Shown here piece after piece: positions 11,273-24,434 of a stretch of 64,000 nucleotides of DNA. Origin of the DNA: Cystobasidiomycetes sp. EMM_F5 (taxonomy: Eukaryota); assembly GCA_051047955.1 (NCBI GenBank), contig JBPGPT010000001.1, forward strand, positions 248,001-312,000, in the 5' to 3' direction. The notes beneath the pieces are model-generated. The model saw only the letters and a list, made by a program, of their open reading frames with translations. It ran no database searches and was not told the origin of the DNA. The first letter of the stretch is position 1. Every line of letters begins with the position of its first letter. Made by a program: the position numbers and the translations under genes.

Positions 11273-14040
11273 ATGTCCGAGACTCTCACTCCCTGGCTGT
11301 GGAAAGCCATTACTAAGTACCGCAAAGAGCACGGTCAGGATACCAGTCACGAATGCAGGGGATCCCTTGCACAAATTGTCCAGGTAGAGGAGCGCAATTC
11401 TTTGGAGACGCTGTACTGTATCTGATACCCAATACAAAGTACAACAACTACCGCCATGCTAGCGATCCGAATAGCAACACGACCGATGTTTACGCTTACG
11501 TTCACGATAAGCAGTGGAAAGCGCTGGTCCGGTTCGAGGCGGCTGCCGTGAATGCATTCGAGCAGTGAGCAGAAGGTGGTCATGTAGAAGAAGGCAACAG
11601 AGCAGCAGCTCACCACATTTCGCAGATCCCACCAATCATTCACATCGTACAAAGGCGGTCTGTTCGAGCTGCGTTCTTTCCGCTTCGTCTTGACCAACAA
11701 GTACATTTCAAAGCCCCCCACGCAGCGATCGACGACCGCACTTGGGCGCAGTGAATCAGACACGGCACTCGCAAATCAACCAAAGCGTATGATCTTGTCC
11801 ATTTCCAATTTCCGATACTATTCGTCCAAAGGACAACAAGATTTTGCGCCCCAAGCCAGAGCGATAGATCAGCTGGTGCGAGAGTGGATACTGCAGATCG
11901 AACAAATGCCCCGTCCCATAGCAGCGGTATCTGCAAACAAGATACAATCACCTGCTCGACGCAACCGCCCGACAGCAGTGTCGGCCGATACGACTCCGAT
12001 GCCAGTCAGACGACCACGCAAGATTAGCTTGAATCTAAATGCAGCTGTGGCTGTTGACACCTCTGCTGGTCAACAGACTCTTCATGGGCACCCTCAGATA
12101 GCGGATAATCAGGACAGCCCGGACCATACGGTCACTGCAAAACTTGGCGCTAAAGACAGTCACGTTCCGACCGATGGTCCGTGTGTTGAGACAGCGACGG
12201 TGAGCAGCACGCCCCCACCACCTACATCTTCTGCAATTGCAAGCGCTTCAAATTCCGGTAGCGCTGAACAGACGGCTTCAGCTCGTAAGGCTGCCCATCC
12301 GAAAGCGCGTTCAAAACGGAAGTCTAGCAGCCCATCTCGCGAAATGGACATGGCGTACTTGGAGGAAGAGAGTCATATACTCAGGACGCGCTTGTTACAA
12401 CAACATGCAAATGGGCTTGACATGGCAGATGACCATGTAGAGCTGGATGCGTTGCACGAAGCAAAAGCTGCCGCAGAAAGCCCGGGCGCGCGTGCAGCAT
12501 CGTTGACGCCAACGCCTACTTCTCGAGTGATTCCACGGCCTTTGGCAGAAAATGAAGTACAGGCTGTGGACGACAGAGCAGCGAGTCCGGTCACTGCAGC
12601 ACAACACCAAGAGGTTGCACAATTTGTTCAAGCAGGAGTGCTGCCACACGGACAAAGTGACAGTCAAGCTGCTGACATCAGCTCAGTCACCGATCCGGTG
12701 GCTGTTTGTTCACTTCCTGCACCAGCAGAAGCTGAGCTTACATTTCCATCGGACATCGTCATTTTGGACAATATCGAAGGTCTCGTTATAGATTCGGGTC
12801 CTCACATGTTGCAGCAAGCGCCCGAATCGCCTCAAAATGCGACATACGTAGGACAGCAAACAGGTTCTTCGACTGAGGTAGTGGAGGCGATGAAGCCTAC
12901 TTTGCTAGCCACAGATCATGTTGACGCAATATCCAACAAGCTTCCGAGCGCCAGCGAATTCAGCGATTCGGATGACGATGACTTCGTCTTTGTGGCTTAC
13001 AATCCAGCACCGATAGCTCCCCGTGCATATTCGCCTCCTGTGGTGAAGCAAGAAATCGAGATGAGTGCGGCGTACGCTGCTCTTCTCGGGTACGATACTT
13101 CTGCTCATCTGCCTGCGCGAGACCACCACTTGCCTGCAGTCAACGATGCAATTGTTGAAGATGACACCATGATGCCCTCCAGATCTGCATCCACTGCAGA
13201 CCGGCCAGACGATACGCAGCTATATGTGCAGCTTCAGTGTACAGCCTGGCAATTGCGCAACTGGAATGAGATTGAGGAAGATTTCAGTCAATCTCATGTC
13301 GAGCAGGAAGTGGAGTCTTCGTCCTCACAAATTGTGAGGATGTTCTCCGATCGACTCGCTCAGGATTTGCGAGCCTATGCGGCGGATGTGGTCGAACAAT
13401 CACAACATATCAACATTGGTCGAGATGATGTCTTTGGTCCATCCATTGTTCCTCCTGTCGGGAATAACGTTCGCGTTTCTAGCGAACGTAGCAAGAACAT
13501 GCACGGGAAGCGGTCTTCACACGAGGCACCGCTTGCTACTGAAACACAGCCGGCGTCGGCGCGTCCGGCTAAAAAAGCAAAAATCAAGCCAAAGCCATTC
13601 GACGCTGAAACACAGGCCCGAATTGCGGAAACGAGTCGTCAGGTGGACAAGCATCTAACCAAGTATGGACTAGACAGGCGACAGGGGATTGATCTGTGGT
13701 TGTGAGCACAGATCATATGCTTTCGCAACAAAACTTTTGCTGACCATGCACTACCAACAGTTGCTGTTCTGGAGACATGGCGGCGGCCGCTCGTATTGCC
13801 AAGTCAATGCACAAGCACGGCGAACTTCTTGTCGATGATACTCTCAAGCCGTGCTGGACCTACGATGATGACAAGGTAGTCATGTCTACCGACATTTCGG
13901 ACAAGCTGCATGGACAGTACGTCGAAGAGATTGAAGGATGGAGGGGAATCAACAGCACAAGACGGCGTTACAGATTCCTCACTGAGGACTGCCTTGCGAA
14001 GCGCATGGAAATCAAGCCGCGTTTTCCGTATGTACAATAA
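11273..14040 (+). CDS. TPP1: Probable shelterin TPP1/Tpz1/Est3-type OB-fold protein
   Basis: Spliced N-terminus MSETLTPWL...LAQIVQ|...VYAYVHDKQWKALVRFEAAAVNAF...SYKGGLFELRSFRF...ILSISNFRY fits the TPP1/Est3 OB-fold pattern, followed by a long low-complexity linker. Recognised by eye; no profile search was run. Confidence 0.7.
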
Positions 14041-14226
14041 GTTTACACCTGTCACCTCGCACAAAGCCACGCATTTGGGTTAGTAGAAAGACTGCATTTC
14101 CAGTAGCAATGGCAATGAAAGGTATATGCTTTTATGGTAAAATGCTACTGAATACTGCGGTGTACCATGCTAATATGCATAAGAACAACGCACTGCATTC
14201 GAGAGTCACCAAACTCTGGTTAACGC

Positions 14227-16256
14227 TCAAAGATCTACTTTACCGCTTCCAAGCTGACTCGTAACAAACGCAACACCTCGCTCAAAGAGCGCCAGACATG
14301 CAATAATATGCGTACGACATGTGTCGTAGAGACGTGCCAAGATGCCAGACAGGATCGGACCCATGGCTGTACTTTCTGCAGCCGCCTTTTTATATGACGA
14401 TGCATTCATCACTGCTTCGGGTCGTATTGATTGAATGGAAGGAGGAGAGAAAATGGCCGGCTCTGCTAGAGTGGCAGACGGAGCTGGCGAATGATGCTCG
14501 GTCGCCTTGACAAGCGGTATCGCATCATGCTGCAACTCCTGCTGTGTCGGAGAGCGGACAGCATTCAAGACGATATCTTCCGGCTCTTCCCCGCCCACAA
14601 CTGCACTTTGTGCAATGTTGCGTTTCGTCCACATATTTCTAAATTGTTCGACTGCTGCCAAGGATTCCGAAAAGCGGTGCAGGGTCCAAATGAAGGCGAC
14701 AACTTCGGACCTTCGCAGGCTGAAATCTTCTACCGCTCCTGCTGACTCGTCAAATGAGAACAATAGCTTTAAGGCCGTTGCCAACCCTGTAACTTGCGTC
14801 TTCCCCCACAAACGGCATTTGTCACACCCAACACAGTCCATGATCTGAGAGACGTTGCGGAAATGCTTCTTGAACTCTGCTTTGAGTATGTTTGCATCGG
14901 GACCGCTTGCAAACATGCTCGTTTCGTCAAAAGTGGCTGTACAGCTCACAGCGCGGTCCAGTAGACCCCTGACGACTTCCTGAGTCCTCTCGTCGACCGT
15001 CGAATTTCCGACCGAGTAGTCGAATGACCTTAAATACGGAGCGGCTTTGGTGAGGGCGCGGAGCATAAGAACGTAGTTGAAGTAGACGTTCTGCAGCCGT
15101 TCCGGATGTTCTGCAATACGAGTGATGAAACACTCCAGGTTCGGCCTCCATTCACCGCTGGTCTTGTCTAGGTATTCTGCACAGATATGTATGGATATAG
15201 ATGCATGCAAGCCAGATATAAGCCGATAAAACACGCGTTTTTCCAGACATTGTTCTTCGGCCTGCGGATCTCGAGGAGCGGTCAAGCCCAGACTGCCCAT
15301 CAAGGATCCGACGTCTTGATTGCCCTTATTGAGAAAACTGCTTCCCACATATCCGCTGCCGCCACTTTCCAAACCTCTGGGCGGCGGAAGAAAGGGAACG
15401 ACACCGAAGCAGTTTTCCTCGTATATTGCTTTCCAAACGCGATTGGCTGAATGTCCAGCATAGCCAGTAAAGCGCTCGGGATTTTCAAATAGATCTACGT
15501 AGACACCGTCACCGTCACCCGACTCTTCATCGAGAACGCAGAAATTGGCGTCTTCCCGTAGCGCGACCGGAATCTAGCGGAGCTGTGTTTGAGCTAGAAT
15601 GTCACAATGGTAGCAAAGATTTACGCTTACTGTGTTTGCCTCTTTCACCTGACCCAGTGCCACTGTCCGCCACGCTTCAGGTATTTCGTTCTGTGCGAAT
15701 AGAGAGACTCAGAGGCATTCATTTGGATAAATTACACAGCACATACCTCTTCCGTTTCTTGCACTGCACACGCTCGGTTCATACAGCTTCCATCCTCGCG
15801 CCAATACGGACATTCGCGAAATAGGTCCACTCGCTGATACCGGAAGAATGGCAGCTGGATGACTGTGCCCAAACGTTGAGCGAGGTCATCGTTGACTTCT
15901 TCTACGGTCTGATAGTCGCAGCAAGCGTCTTGTATGAGGCCAGTGGGCTGTTTTCGTACAGTCAGCCAGTGGCGGAAACAACGTGTCAGAAGTTGTGAAG
16001 CTTCTTCGTCTGGCAATATGCGCAAGCCTGGCCCGATAGTACCTACCTTGCAGCTCTTCTGATTGGCGGCGTTTCCTTCCAACACCGTCTCGAGGAAATT
16101 TGCCCGAGGTGCTTCAAAGCCAGATGTCCAGGATCTCGAGTCTGCCGATGCCGCGCCAGCTACGGCAGCAGACAGCTGCAGCGCGGACGACACTGCCAGC
16201 AGCTTGAAAGAGCAGGACGGCCCCGATATCCTCCGCCTTTTGTGCATGTTGGGCAT
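14227..16256 (-). CDS. ERO1: ER oxidoreductin Ero1
   Basis: CPYW...SCMNRAC, YRLISGLHASISIHI, FRNVSQIMDCVGCDKCRLWGK. Confidence 0.97.
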
Positions 16257-16431
16257 CGCAGCTGGTGAAAGCAAACACGCACACGCGGTTATTAGTCGCG
16301 CCAAGAATACGTATAGCCCAGCGATGGTCGCACAGCAATAAAACTACGTCCACCCTTCGTAACTCAACTATCGATACATTTGCATGAGATTATCGTGCTT
16401 TCACTCCTACTCATATTGGTTCATCATTATA

Positions 16432-19400
16432 TCATGGCCACAGCTGGGCGTCGGATTTCTTCTGCTTCCCGTTACCTGTCAACGATGGAAGAAGACCTCC
16501 GATGCTCGTAGATGAAGGTCCCGGCTGTCCAGGAAACGGTAGGCTGTGCATAGTCTGCTGTTGCTGTTGACCGTAGAATGAGGGCGGCTGGGCGGAGATA
16601 TGCGGCAGAGAATGCCGCTGTGTGGGAATCATGGGAGCATGCAACATCCCACTCAAGCCATCACGTACATCATACTGATCGAAGCGATCGTAGGGTTGTG
16701 CAGAGGCGCCCATCTGCATTTGCTGCATCTGGTGTTGTTGCTGCTGCATTTGAGCTTGTGCTTGCGCCTGCGCCTGAGCTTGTGCCTGTGAATGCTGCTG
16801 CGACTGCAACGAGGGTTGTGGTTGGCTTTGGACATACGTCCGCTGCCCTTGCAGATGGTTTGAAGAGTGATAGGCTTGAGGAGGTACAGTCACTGATGCG
16901 CCAGCAGGATTGCCATCATATCCTATCCGATGATGTTGCATAGAGTCTGACATGCGCGGATCGACAATGACACTGAAGGGCTGTTGAGGGTGTGGATTCA
17001 TGGAGTGCTGTGGCAGCTGCATTTGCTGGACCATCGGTTGCGCACCGTAAAAGAAGGTATTTCCAAGTTGTCCTGTCTGCGCATAGTACTCTAGGTGATC
17101 CAGATGCGGGTTGTTTTGTCGCAAGGACCGCCTGCGATCCAACTGAGATTGATCACCAGGTGCGGCATGACGCCTCTCCCAAGCGGCGCGTTGATCTTCG
17201 CGTCTTAGTTGAGGAGTGCCTATGCTCTTCAGGGATGTCAAGTCCAGGCCCAGCTTTTGTAACGCCGGTGGAACGTCGAGCTGGGAGAATGTACCGCCCC
17301 GATTCCGAGTCTGCGGGTAGTGATGAGCTGCGGGAGGATTAGTCGGCACGGTCGGTGAGAGCGGGCCTGATGGAGAAGCCTTGATTGAACTGGGATTATA
17401 GGATATAGAATGTGAAGGAGAATGATAGGGTGGGATTTGATTTTGCCGCGGCATGCTTGCTGACGCCTGAGGTGGACGAGGTACTGCGAATCCAGCTTTG
17501 TTCTGATCGAACTGCTGTGCTGCTTGTGCATAGGGATTGTTGGCGTACTGCGCTTGCCGATTTGCCGATGCTGCCATGTTGGCGACCTGTGCTTGCTGAT
17601 TGAGGTGCTGCTGATACGCTGCGGCGTCATACGTACGCGCACTGGCTCGTTGTGGTGTTGGCGGGAGCCCTCCGTATGGTCGATCTGGATGTACAGAGGA
17701 AGATGGACTCTGCATACTCTGCGATCCGTTGCGCGAGTGACCGAGATTGACTGGAGCAACACCAGGAGGTACGAAAGGTGTATGCAACGGCTCATTCAGT
17801 ATGAATGGATGCAACTTGGCTTGCTGTGGGGTCCAGCGCTCCATCGGGTTCATGTTCAGTAACCCAGTAACGAAATCAATAAACGAAATGCGGTTTTGCA
17901 GCTCTGTGCGTATCGATATCAGCCTGAAAGATACAAACCATAATCGTGCAAGAGCGCCTACCTCTGTCAAGGTCCGTTTGTTTCAGTCCCTTCCGCTGAT
18001 TTGGATACTCCTTGATGATTTCAGGTAAGGTGGATGCTGAAAAGAATTTCTTGCTCGGCTGTTCTTTGACGTTAGGATGATCTCGCTCATATTCTTCAAG
18101 CGTTTTGAGTCTCCATTGTTTCCGACCGTACGGATCGTAAGAGACTACAAAGAAGTGTGACACCTGTTTGCCGTTCTCAAGCATATGCACCGGGGGCAGT
18201 CCAAGCATCTCGACGATGCGCGTGATCTGGTTGAATTCGCTTGTGCCTGGAAAGATGGGCAGACCCAGGAACAGCTCCACACAGATACATCCCAATGACC
18301 ACATGTCGATATTCGTAGAATACGGAAGTCCCAGCAGAACCTCGGGCGATCGATAGAAGCGGGACTGTATGTACGTATATACCGTTTGCCGTTCGTGGCA
18401 CGCTGAGCCAAAGTCAATAACCTTGATATCAGGCGATTGAAGTCTGTAGATACTCTTTGATCAGCAAGTACGCGTGCGGCGTCTGATTTGATTCCAACTC
18501 ACGTCCGGAGTAAGATGTTTTCGGGCTTAAGATCGCAGTGTATCAATCTTGCTTCCTTAAGGACGCAAAGGGCGTCAAGCAGCTGTTCCGTAAACACCCG
18601 CACTAGACTCGTGCTTAGGCCTCGAAAAGCATTTTGCTTGATGAGTTCGTAGAGATTTGACGAGAGCAATTCGAAGACTAAACATAAATGCCGTTTGTGC
18701 ACGAATTGATCCTTCAACCGCAAGATGTGATGCTTGTCCTCCCGATCATAGTTCAGATTGAGCTGTTAGAAGCGCTAAAGAGTCAAGATTCCTGTTGACG
18801 AAATTCCACAAAAGCTGACGTACCATTTCCAATATCGCAATCTCCATCATACTCTGTTCATAGTATGCCTGCTTATTCTTGATCACTTTTACGCCTACAA
18901 TTTCGTGCGTCTTCATGTTTTGGCATTTCACTACCTGTCCAAACGTCCCCTGACCGAGAACGTCCAAAATGAGGTATCTGCACGTACAGTATTAGCTGCT
19001 GTAGACTGCCTCAATCTGTTTGCATAACGTACTTGTTGCTCTCAGGTCCCAAGACATCGTTGACGTACAGAATGTAGTCGCAGTCATCATTGTCGTATCC
19101 GTCATTCCCAGCCGGTTTGCTCGGCTTTGTCAGCACTCGTCTAGGATTGAGGGAAAATTCGTAACGGAAATTTGGGTTGACAAGATGATAGGTTTGTGAC
19201 AGATGGGTCGTCAGAGCTTTGATCGGCTGTCAAAATGAATAATTAGACAGTCACTCCGGGAGGCACGGTGTAAACAGCGCTCACGCTGACAACGCCTCCG
19301 TCTGGATCTGCACGTCGACCATGCGTATTCGTTGCTGATGAAGGTTGCAAATCGGCAGCAGTGCGCACCTTGCGGAAGGCAGATCCGGCCGACCGTGATC

Positions 19401-21086
19401 TAACTACCCCGCCATGACTCTGGCTTCGACCGTGCGAGCTCGAGGCCTGCGACAACCGCTGTGAAGCATGTTGGGTGCTGTGCTGATTGAAAGCATACGT
19501 CGGAGAGCCGCCGCTGCTGTGATTGGAAGATGTGGCGACAGCAGGCGACAGGCCTGAAGACGTCTGCTGCCGAGCCATAGCTGGGGAATATTGAGCCTGA
19601 GATATGGCATACCTACTTGGCGAATACGAGCCTGGCGTTCGGTCTGTCATTCCGTCCTCTCCATAAGCAGCATACTGAGACTGCGCTTGTTGGTGAGCAG
19701 AATGTCGGAAGCTGGCCGGCAAATTGCCGCCTTGGGAGGCATTCTGACGGTGTGATACACTCTGTGTATACGTGGCATGCCCATGCTCGTTTTGAGAATG
19801 GGAATCATTACTTCCACCGCTCGATTGCCGATTTTGTAAAGCCGGCCTGGAATCCTGGTACTGTTGAAGAGCTGCTTGCGCTTGTTGCTGCGTAATTGAG
19901 GGGGAAGGAAAGGACGGAGACGCGTCCATTCCCGAGTGATTACTCGTAAAAGAGGCAGAGTGAGGGAGTTGCTGTGCGTACCCCGCAGGACTTCGAGGCT
20001 GGATTGCACGCAAGAGTGAGTACTCGACGGCACCCAACATGGTCACAAAAGTCCGCTCACCTGTTCCCTTCCAGTAGTTGTTGGAGAAGTCGAGATACTA
20101 AGTCCAGAACTGGACGAGTGCGTCCGTTCGTAGCCTCGAGCAGGATAGCTTAAAGAGGACGACTGTTGTTGCGACGAGTATCCATCGCTCGTCCCACTGT
20201 TTTGCTGCCGAGACATTGGCTGAGCTGGAGAGCCGAGCATGGATCGATGTAGTCCGAGTCCGGGGTTTGCGGAAGTAGCAGATGACCCTTGAGCGGAGGT
20301 GATGGATGGGTATGACGGTGTATAGGCTGATGATGGTGTGTGTGACATTTGAAAGATAGCTGAGTGTGACGAAGGTGCATCGTAACGGGGCGTCTGACCA
20401 GTAGACTGGGATGTGCCTTGCAAGGGCGAGTAAGGCGGACGACCATCATTGAAAGGCTGCTGATGTTGTTGCTGGGAAGCATGCCGCAAGTGCGGCGAGC
20501 TCAATGCTGGCGAAATCGACATGGCCGAGCTGGGATCTGTCGGGCTGGCCATAGGGCCCAAAGCCATGTTGCTATTGCTGGCCGACATTGCCGGAGCCAT
20601 CGGGCTCTGCAATGCAGTCGAGTATCCAGCTGCGGATGTGTTGCCGTGCAGAGATTGTGCAGATGGTCGTTTGCTCAGCTGCGGTGCTGCACCGTTTGGT
20701 GATTGCGGTTGCTGCTGTTGTTGCACCGCAGAATGCGATAAAAGATGCTGGGAATGACTTGGACCAGCATGGTGATTCATACCGTACATTGCTGCAGAAG
20801 CAGACATGGACTGCTGAAACTGTGGTCGCCCTGCTGCGGCGCTTCCTCCAGACGATGTGCCGGCTGTTGCACCGCTGTATGACGCCGTCTGCTGGACGGG
20901 ACTGCTGTTCCAAAGGGAATGCTGGGATGACGCAGCGTAGCCATTGCTCATCGACGACGACCCTTGCTGAGGCTGAGACTGTTGCTGCTGCTGTTGCTGC
21001 TGGAGTCCCATTTCCGCGTTACCGCTGCTGCTGCTACTGCTGGGCGCGGTACCGGTGAACCAGCTTCCACGTCGTACTGATTCCAT
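16432..21086 (-). CDS. YAK1: DYRK-family kinase Yak1 with Q/S-rich termini
   Basis: LGQGTFGQVVKC, HCDLKPENILL, IDFGSAC, YTYIQSRFYRSPE, and the upstream NPRRVLTKPS...GYDNDDCDYILYVND box. Confidence 0.95.
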
Positions 21087-21584
21087 GGCAGCCCAGCCCA
21101 GCCAGAGCTAGTCCTGGCACTGACTGCTCTCTTCCTAAGGCCTGCGGGGGCGCAGTGACCACGCTGTAGGCCCCGTTGACGACTCCAGCTTCGCGCTATG
21201 TATTAAAGAGATCCCGGATTCGCTTTGCACAATCAGGAGGCAGAAGTATGCAGCAAATAGCGCCTCAGAGACTGCGCCGAGTCTCCCCGGGTCCAGCAGG
21301 GTAGAGCAAATCGGTCGTAGTTGGCGCAGCAGATCAGCAGGATATGGTTGACACCCAAGAAGCGCAAGGACCGACACGAGGTGAAACGACTTGCCAAGTT
21401 GCGGTTTGAATACAACATTATTTGACTCTGCTGCGAAGACACTGCATGCGTGGCACTAAAGAAATATTGATCCTACCTGAACTTCTCCGCACGACGAGAA
21501 GATGCTGTATCGAGTAAACTGACTGGTTTTGATGCAAGTATACGTTGCTCAGGATGTTGCTATTTATTTTCTGTTGATTGGCTC

Positions 21585-22758
21585 TTATTCGCTATCGTCG
21601 TCGAGCAACGTCGCGTTCGCATGCATACTGTTATTTCGAGAAATGATGCCGTGACTGTTAGCGCAAGCGGGGAACCACCTTCAGCGACAATCCTATCTTA
21701 TGGTTTAAGGAAACTCCACCCCACCGTAAAAAGAGAAGCTCGACCTTTTCCCGGGTTATCGCAGACGTGATGACATCGTCATCATCGTCGTCCACTTCAC
21801 GGCCAGCCCCGAGCTCTCGATGCACAGCAATGAGGCTGTTGACATTCTCTCCATCCTTGTATATCAAGATGGTGGGAAGGACATCACGCTCATCCCCAGT
21901 CGCAAACTCTATATCGACGGCCAGAGTACGAATAAACTTGACTAAAGGATACGCTCGCGCAAGGGAAGTCAAGTGGTGATTAAGTGTATTGCAGGCTGGT
22001 ATACTCTGCATACGGATTGAGTTGGAGGAGGCAAGTAAAGCAGAAGCGGTCGCACAGAGTCCAATTCAGTCATGCGTTGTCGACGAGCAGGAGCAAGTCC
22101 TCCTCACCGGATCGTACACGTGAACAACTACATAGACTCCAGCTCCTTCTTCCACTGCTCTGATGAAACCCTGCTGGCCTACTTCGCGCAAATGGCCAAA
22201 ACGCGGAGCGTGTTTGTTTTGTTTGAGGGGACCATTGAGCTCTTGCGCGACGGAAGCTCGCTCGCCGCTGCCCATAAGCTTCATCTCCTCAAGTCTTCGT
22301 TGTCTGTATGCGTTGATTGCGGCTGCCTCGTCGTCACTAATGTCCAGATCGTCTGCACCGACGTGATTGGCATCTGTGCGCGACGATGTGGTATGCCTGC
22401 CGTTCAGTCCTTGTTTCTCGAGATGCTTCTCGTTGCGGCTCTGCTGTTCCCGTTGCTGTTGACGAAAGTCTGCAAGCACACCCTTCACGCCGGTGTTGTG
22501 TGATTGACCGCGCCGCATCGTGTCGGATGCCGGTGCTGCAGTGGAAGCTTCGGAAGGATGCACGAAACCAACCTCACCGTCGCTGCCATGACCGTCATCG
22601 AGCAGCCCTTTGTCATCTTCGTCCCCATTGTGACTGTCGCCGCCGTCACTGCTTGGGCGTCCAGACGAGCGCGGTTCTCTGCCGTCAGGGTCGGGTCCAG
22701 CAAACAATGCGCCCGATAAGGCTGCCCTCTCGAGCGGATCAGTGGTGCTATTGGGCAT
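21585..22758 (-). CDS. Phosducin-like protein (PhLP1 type)
   Basis: NTGVKGVLADF, YRQRRLEEM, FGHLREV, VLPTILIYKDGE thioredoxin-like domain. Confidence 0.9.
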
Positions 22759-23016
22759 GTTGTATGGTTGTTTTCAGGTCTATTGCTGTTTCCATCGCGC
22801 CTGGGATGGTTAGGAGCTAACCTCGGAGTCGCACCTTGTTGCGCAGACGACTGCTCGCAACTTGACTACTAATTCCTGCAATGTCATGGTAACCACTCAA
22901 TCTGTGTATGCTCAGGCAGTACATCCCACGGCCGCATTGAAATCGATGACGCGCTGTTTGTGACTTCGCGTAAAGTGTGCCCCGCTTTGCTCTCACATGC
23001 CAACCATGAATACGAT

Positions 23017-24370
23017 ATGCGCCTGTATGCGTGTGGAAGCAACTTGTACAGCCAGATCCAGAGGGACGCACATGTTCTCGACATCGTCGAGCCTGTCGAG
23101 ATTCCATTCAGCGAGGGCGAGCTTCTGGGAGTTCACTCAGTCTCCGCATCGCAAATAATGCAAGTCTGGCCCGCTAGGCTCTTGAAGAGTAACAGACTAA
23201 TGTTGTGAATATCTTAAATAGAACACGACACCTCGTCGATGGCAGAGTCGTCTACCAGACTTCAGGTTACCCGCTGAGTCCCGAGCAGCAGAACGATGAC
23301 GGTATAGGCACGATTGCCGAAGGTCTGATAACCGACACGGCGACGCTGTTTGGACGCAGTGTATTCTCCGCTGGCCTGACTACCCTTCCAGACAAAAGTG
23401 ATGGGCCCGCGTCGCAAGCAAAGCACATCTTTCGCATTGGCGAAAGGGCCACGGTTGACCAGCAAACTTATGGTCACATTCCCCCAATCGCGGACATGAG
23501 TGTAGACGGGCACGGCAGAGTGCTAATCGCTTTGCGGAGTGAGCGGACCCTTCTTATACACATTGAAAGCTTCATCGCTAAATACCCACGCTACAGACTC
23601 GCTGGAATTGCGCTTATACGACACACTGGATTCGCTTGAAAAGATCCCCGGAACGTATGCTGTGCTGAGTCTCGTCGATCCGCCGCCATTCCTACGCTCT
23701 GCGCAGCCGTCTACTGAGATAAAGATCTTTAGCGGGGCCGCGCACTTTATCATTGCCTATACATACAAGGAGCCATCAACATTGCGCGTGCAAGATACTA
23801 CAGTGTTTGCATGGGGAGATAATCGATACTTTCAGCTTGGGCATCACATGCAGCCCAAAGGGCATTTGCGAAGTGATGGCAAAAGGCAAAACGCAGCGCA
23901 TCTGGTTCATCCTGTTACCATATTCGATGGTCTACCAACGCATCCCTCCTTGGGCGCATTCAAAAACATCGCATGCGGTGACCTGCACACGGCTTTCGTC
24001 ACGTCGGACGGTAGCTTGTACATGGCAGGAAGTGACAGGCATGGACAATGCGGTGGCTTTACCGCAACTGAGCCGGTTCTCGTAAGCCTAGCGGAAGACG
24101 ATACAGATACCAACGTGCTCGACGTAGCATGTGGGAGAAATCATACCGTCGTCAACACTGATCGAGGGGTATACGTTGCTGGGAAAAGTAAATTTCTTAC
24201 ACTACTATACGATACTCTACTGACGCTCATGGCTGCCAGATCACTGCGGACAGCTTGGACAGGGCGATCGGAATAATCGTGCACAATTTACAAAAGTGTG
24301 CTTCTTCCAGGGGAAACAAGTGCAAGCCGTGCATGCAGCAGGATGGGTGTCGCTCTTCCTTCTGGACTAG
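23017..24370 (+). CDS. RCC1-repeat beta-propeller protein (possibly Ats1/Kti13/SERGEF-like)
   Basis: LYACGSN..QI, FAWGDNRYFQLG, IACGDLHT, GSDRHGQCG, VACGRNHT repeats. Confidence 0.8.
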
Positions 24371-24434
24371 GCACGACGACGTCCGCTCAGACTGCGAGAT
24401 TGGCAGATTACGCGAAGTAATATCGGAGATGCTA

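Noticed and set aside
16432..21086. CAG/GCT-type repeats (poly-Q, QA repeats)
   Set aside because: Ordinary low-complexity coding sequence in the Yak1 termini.
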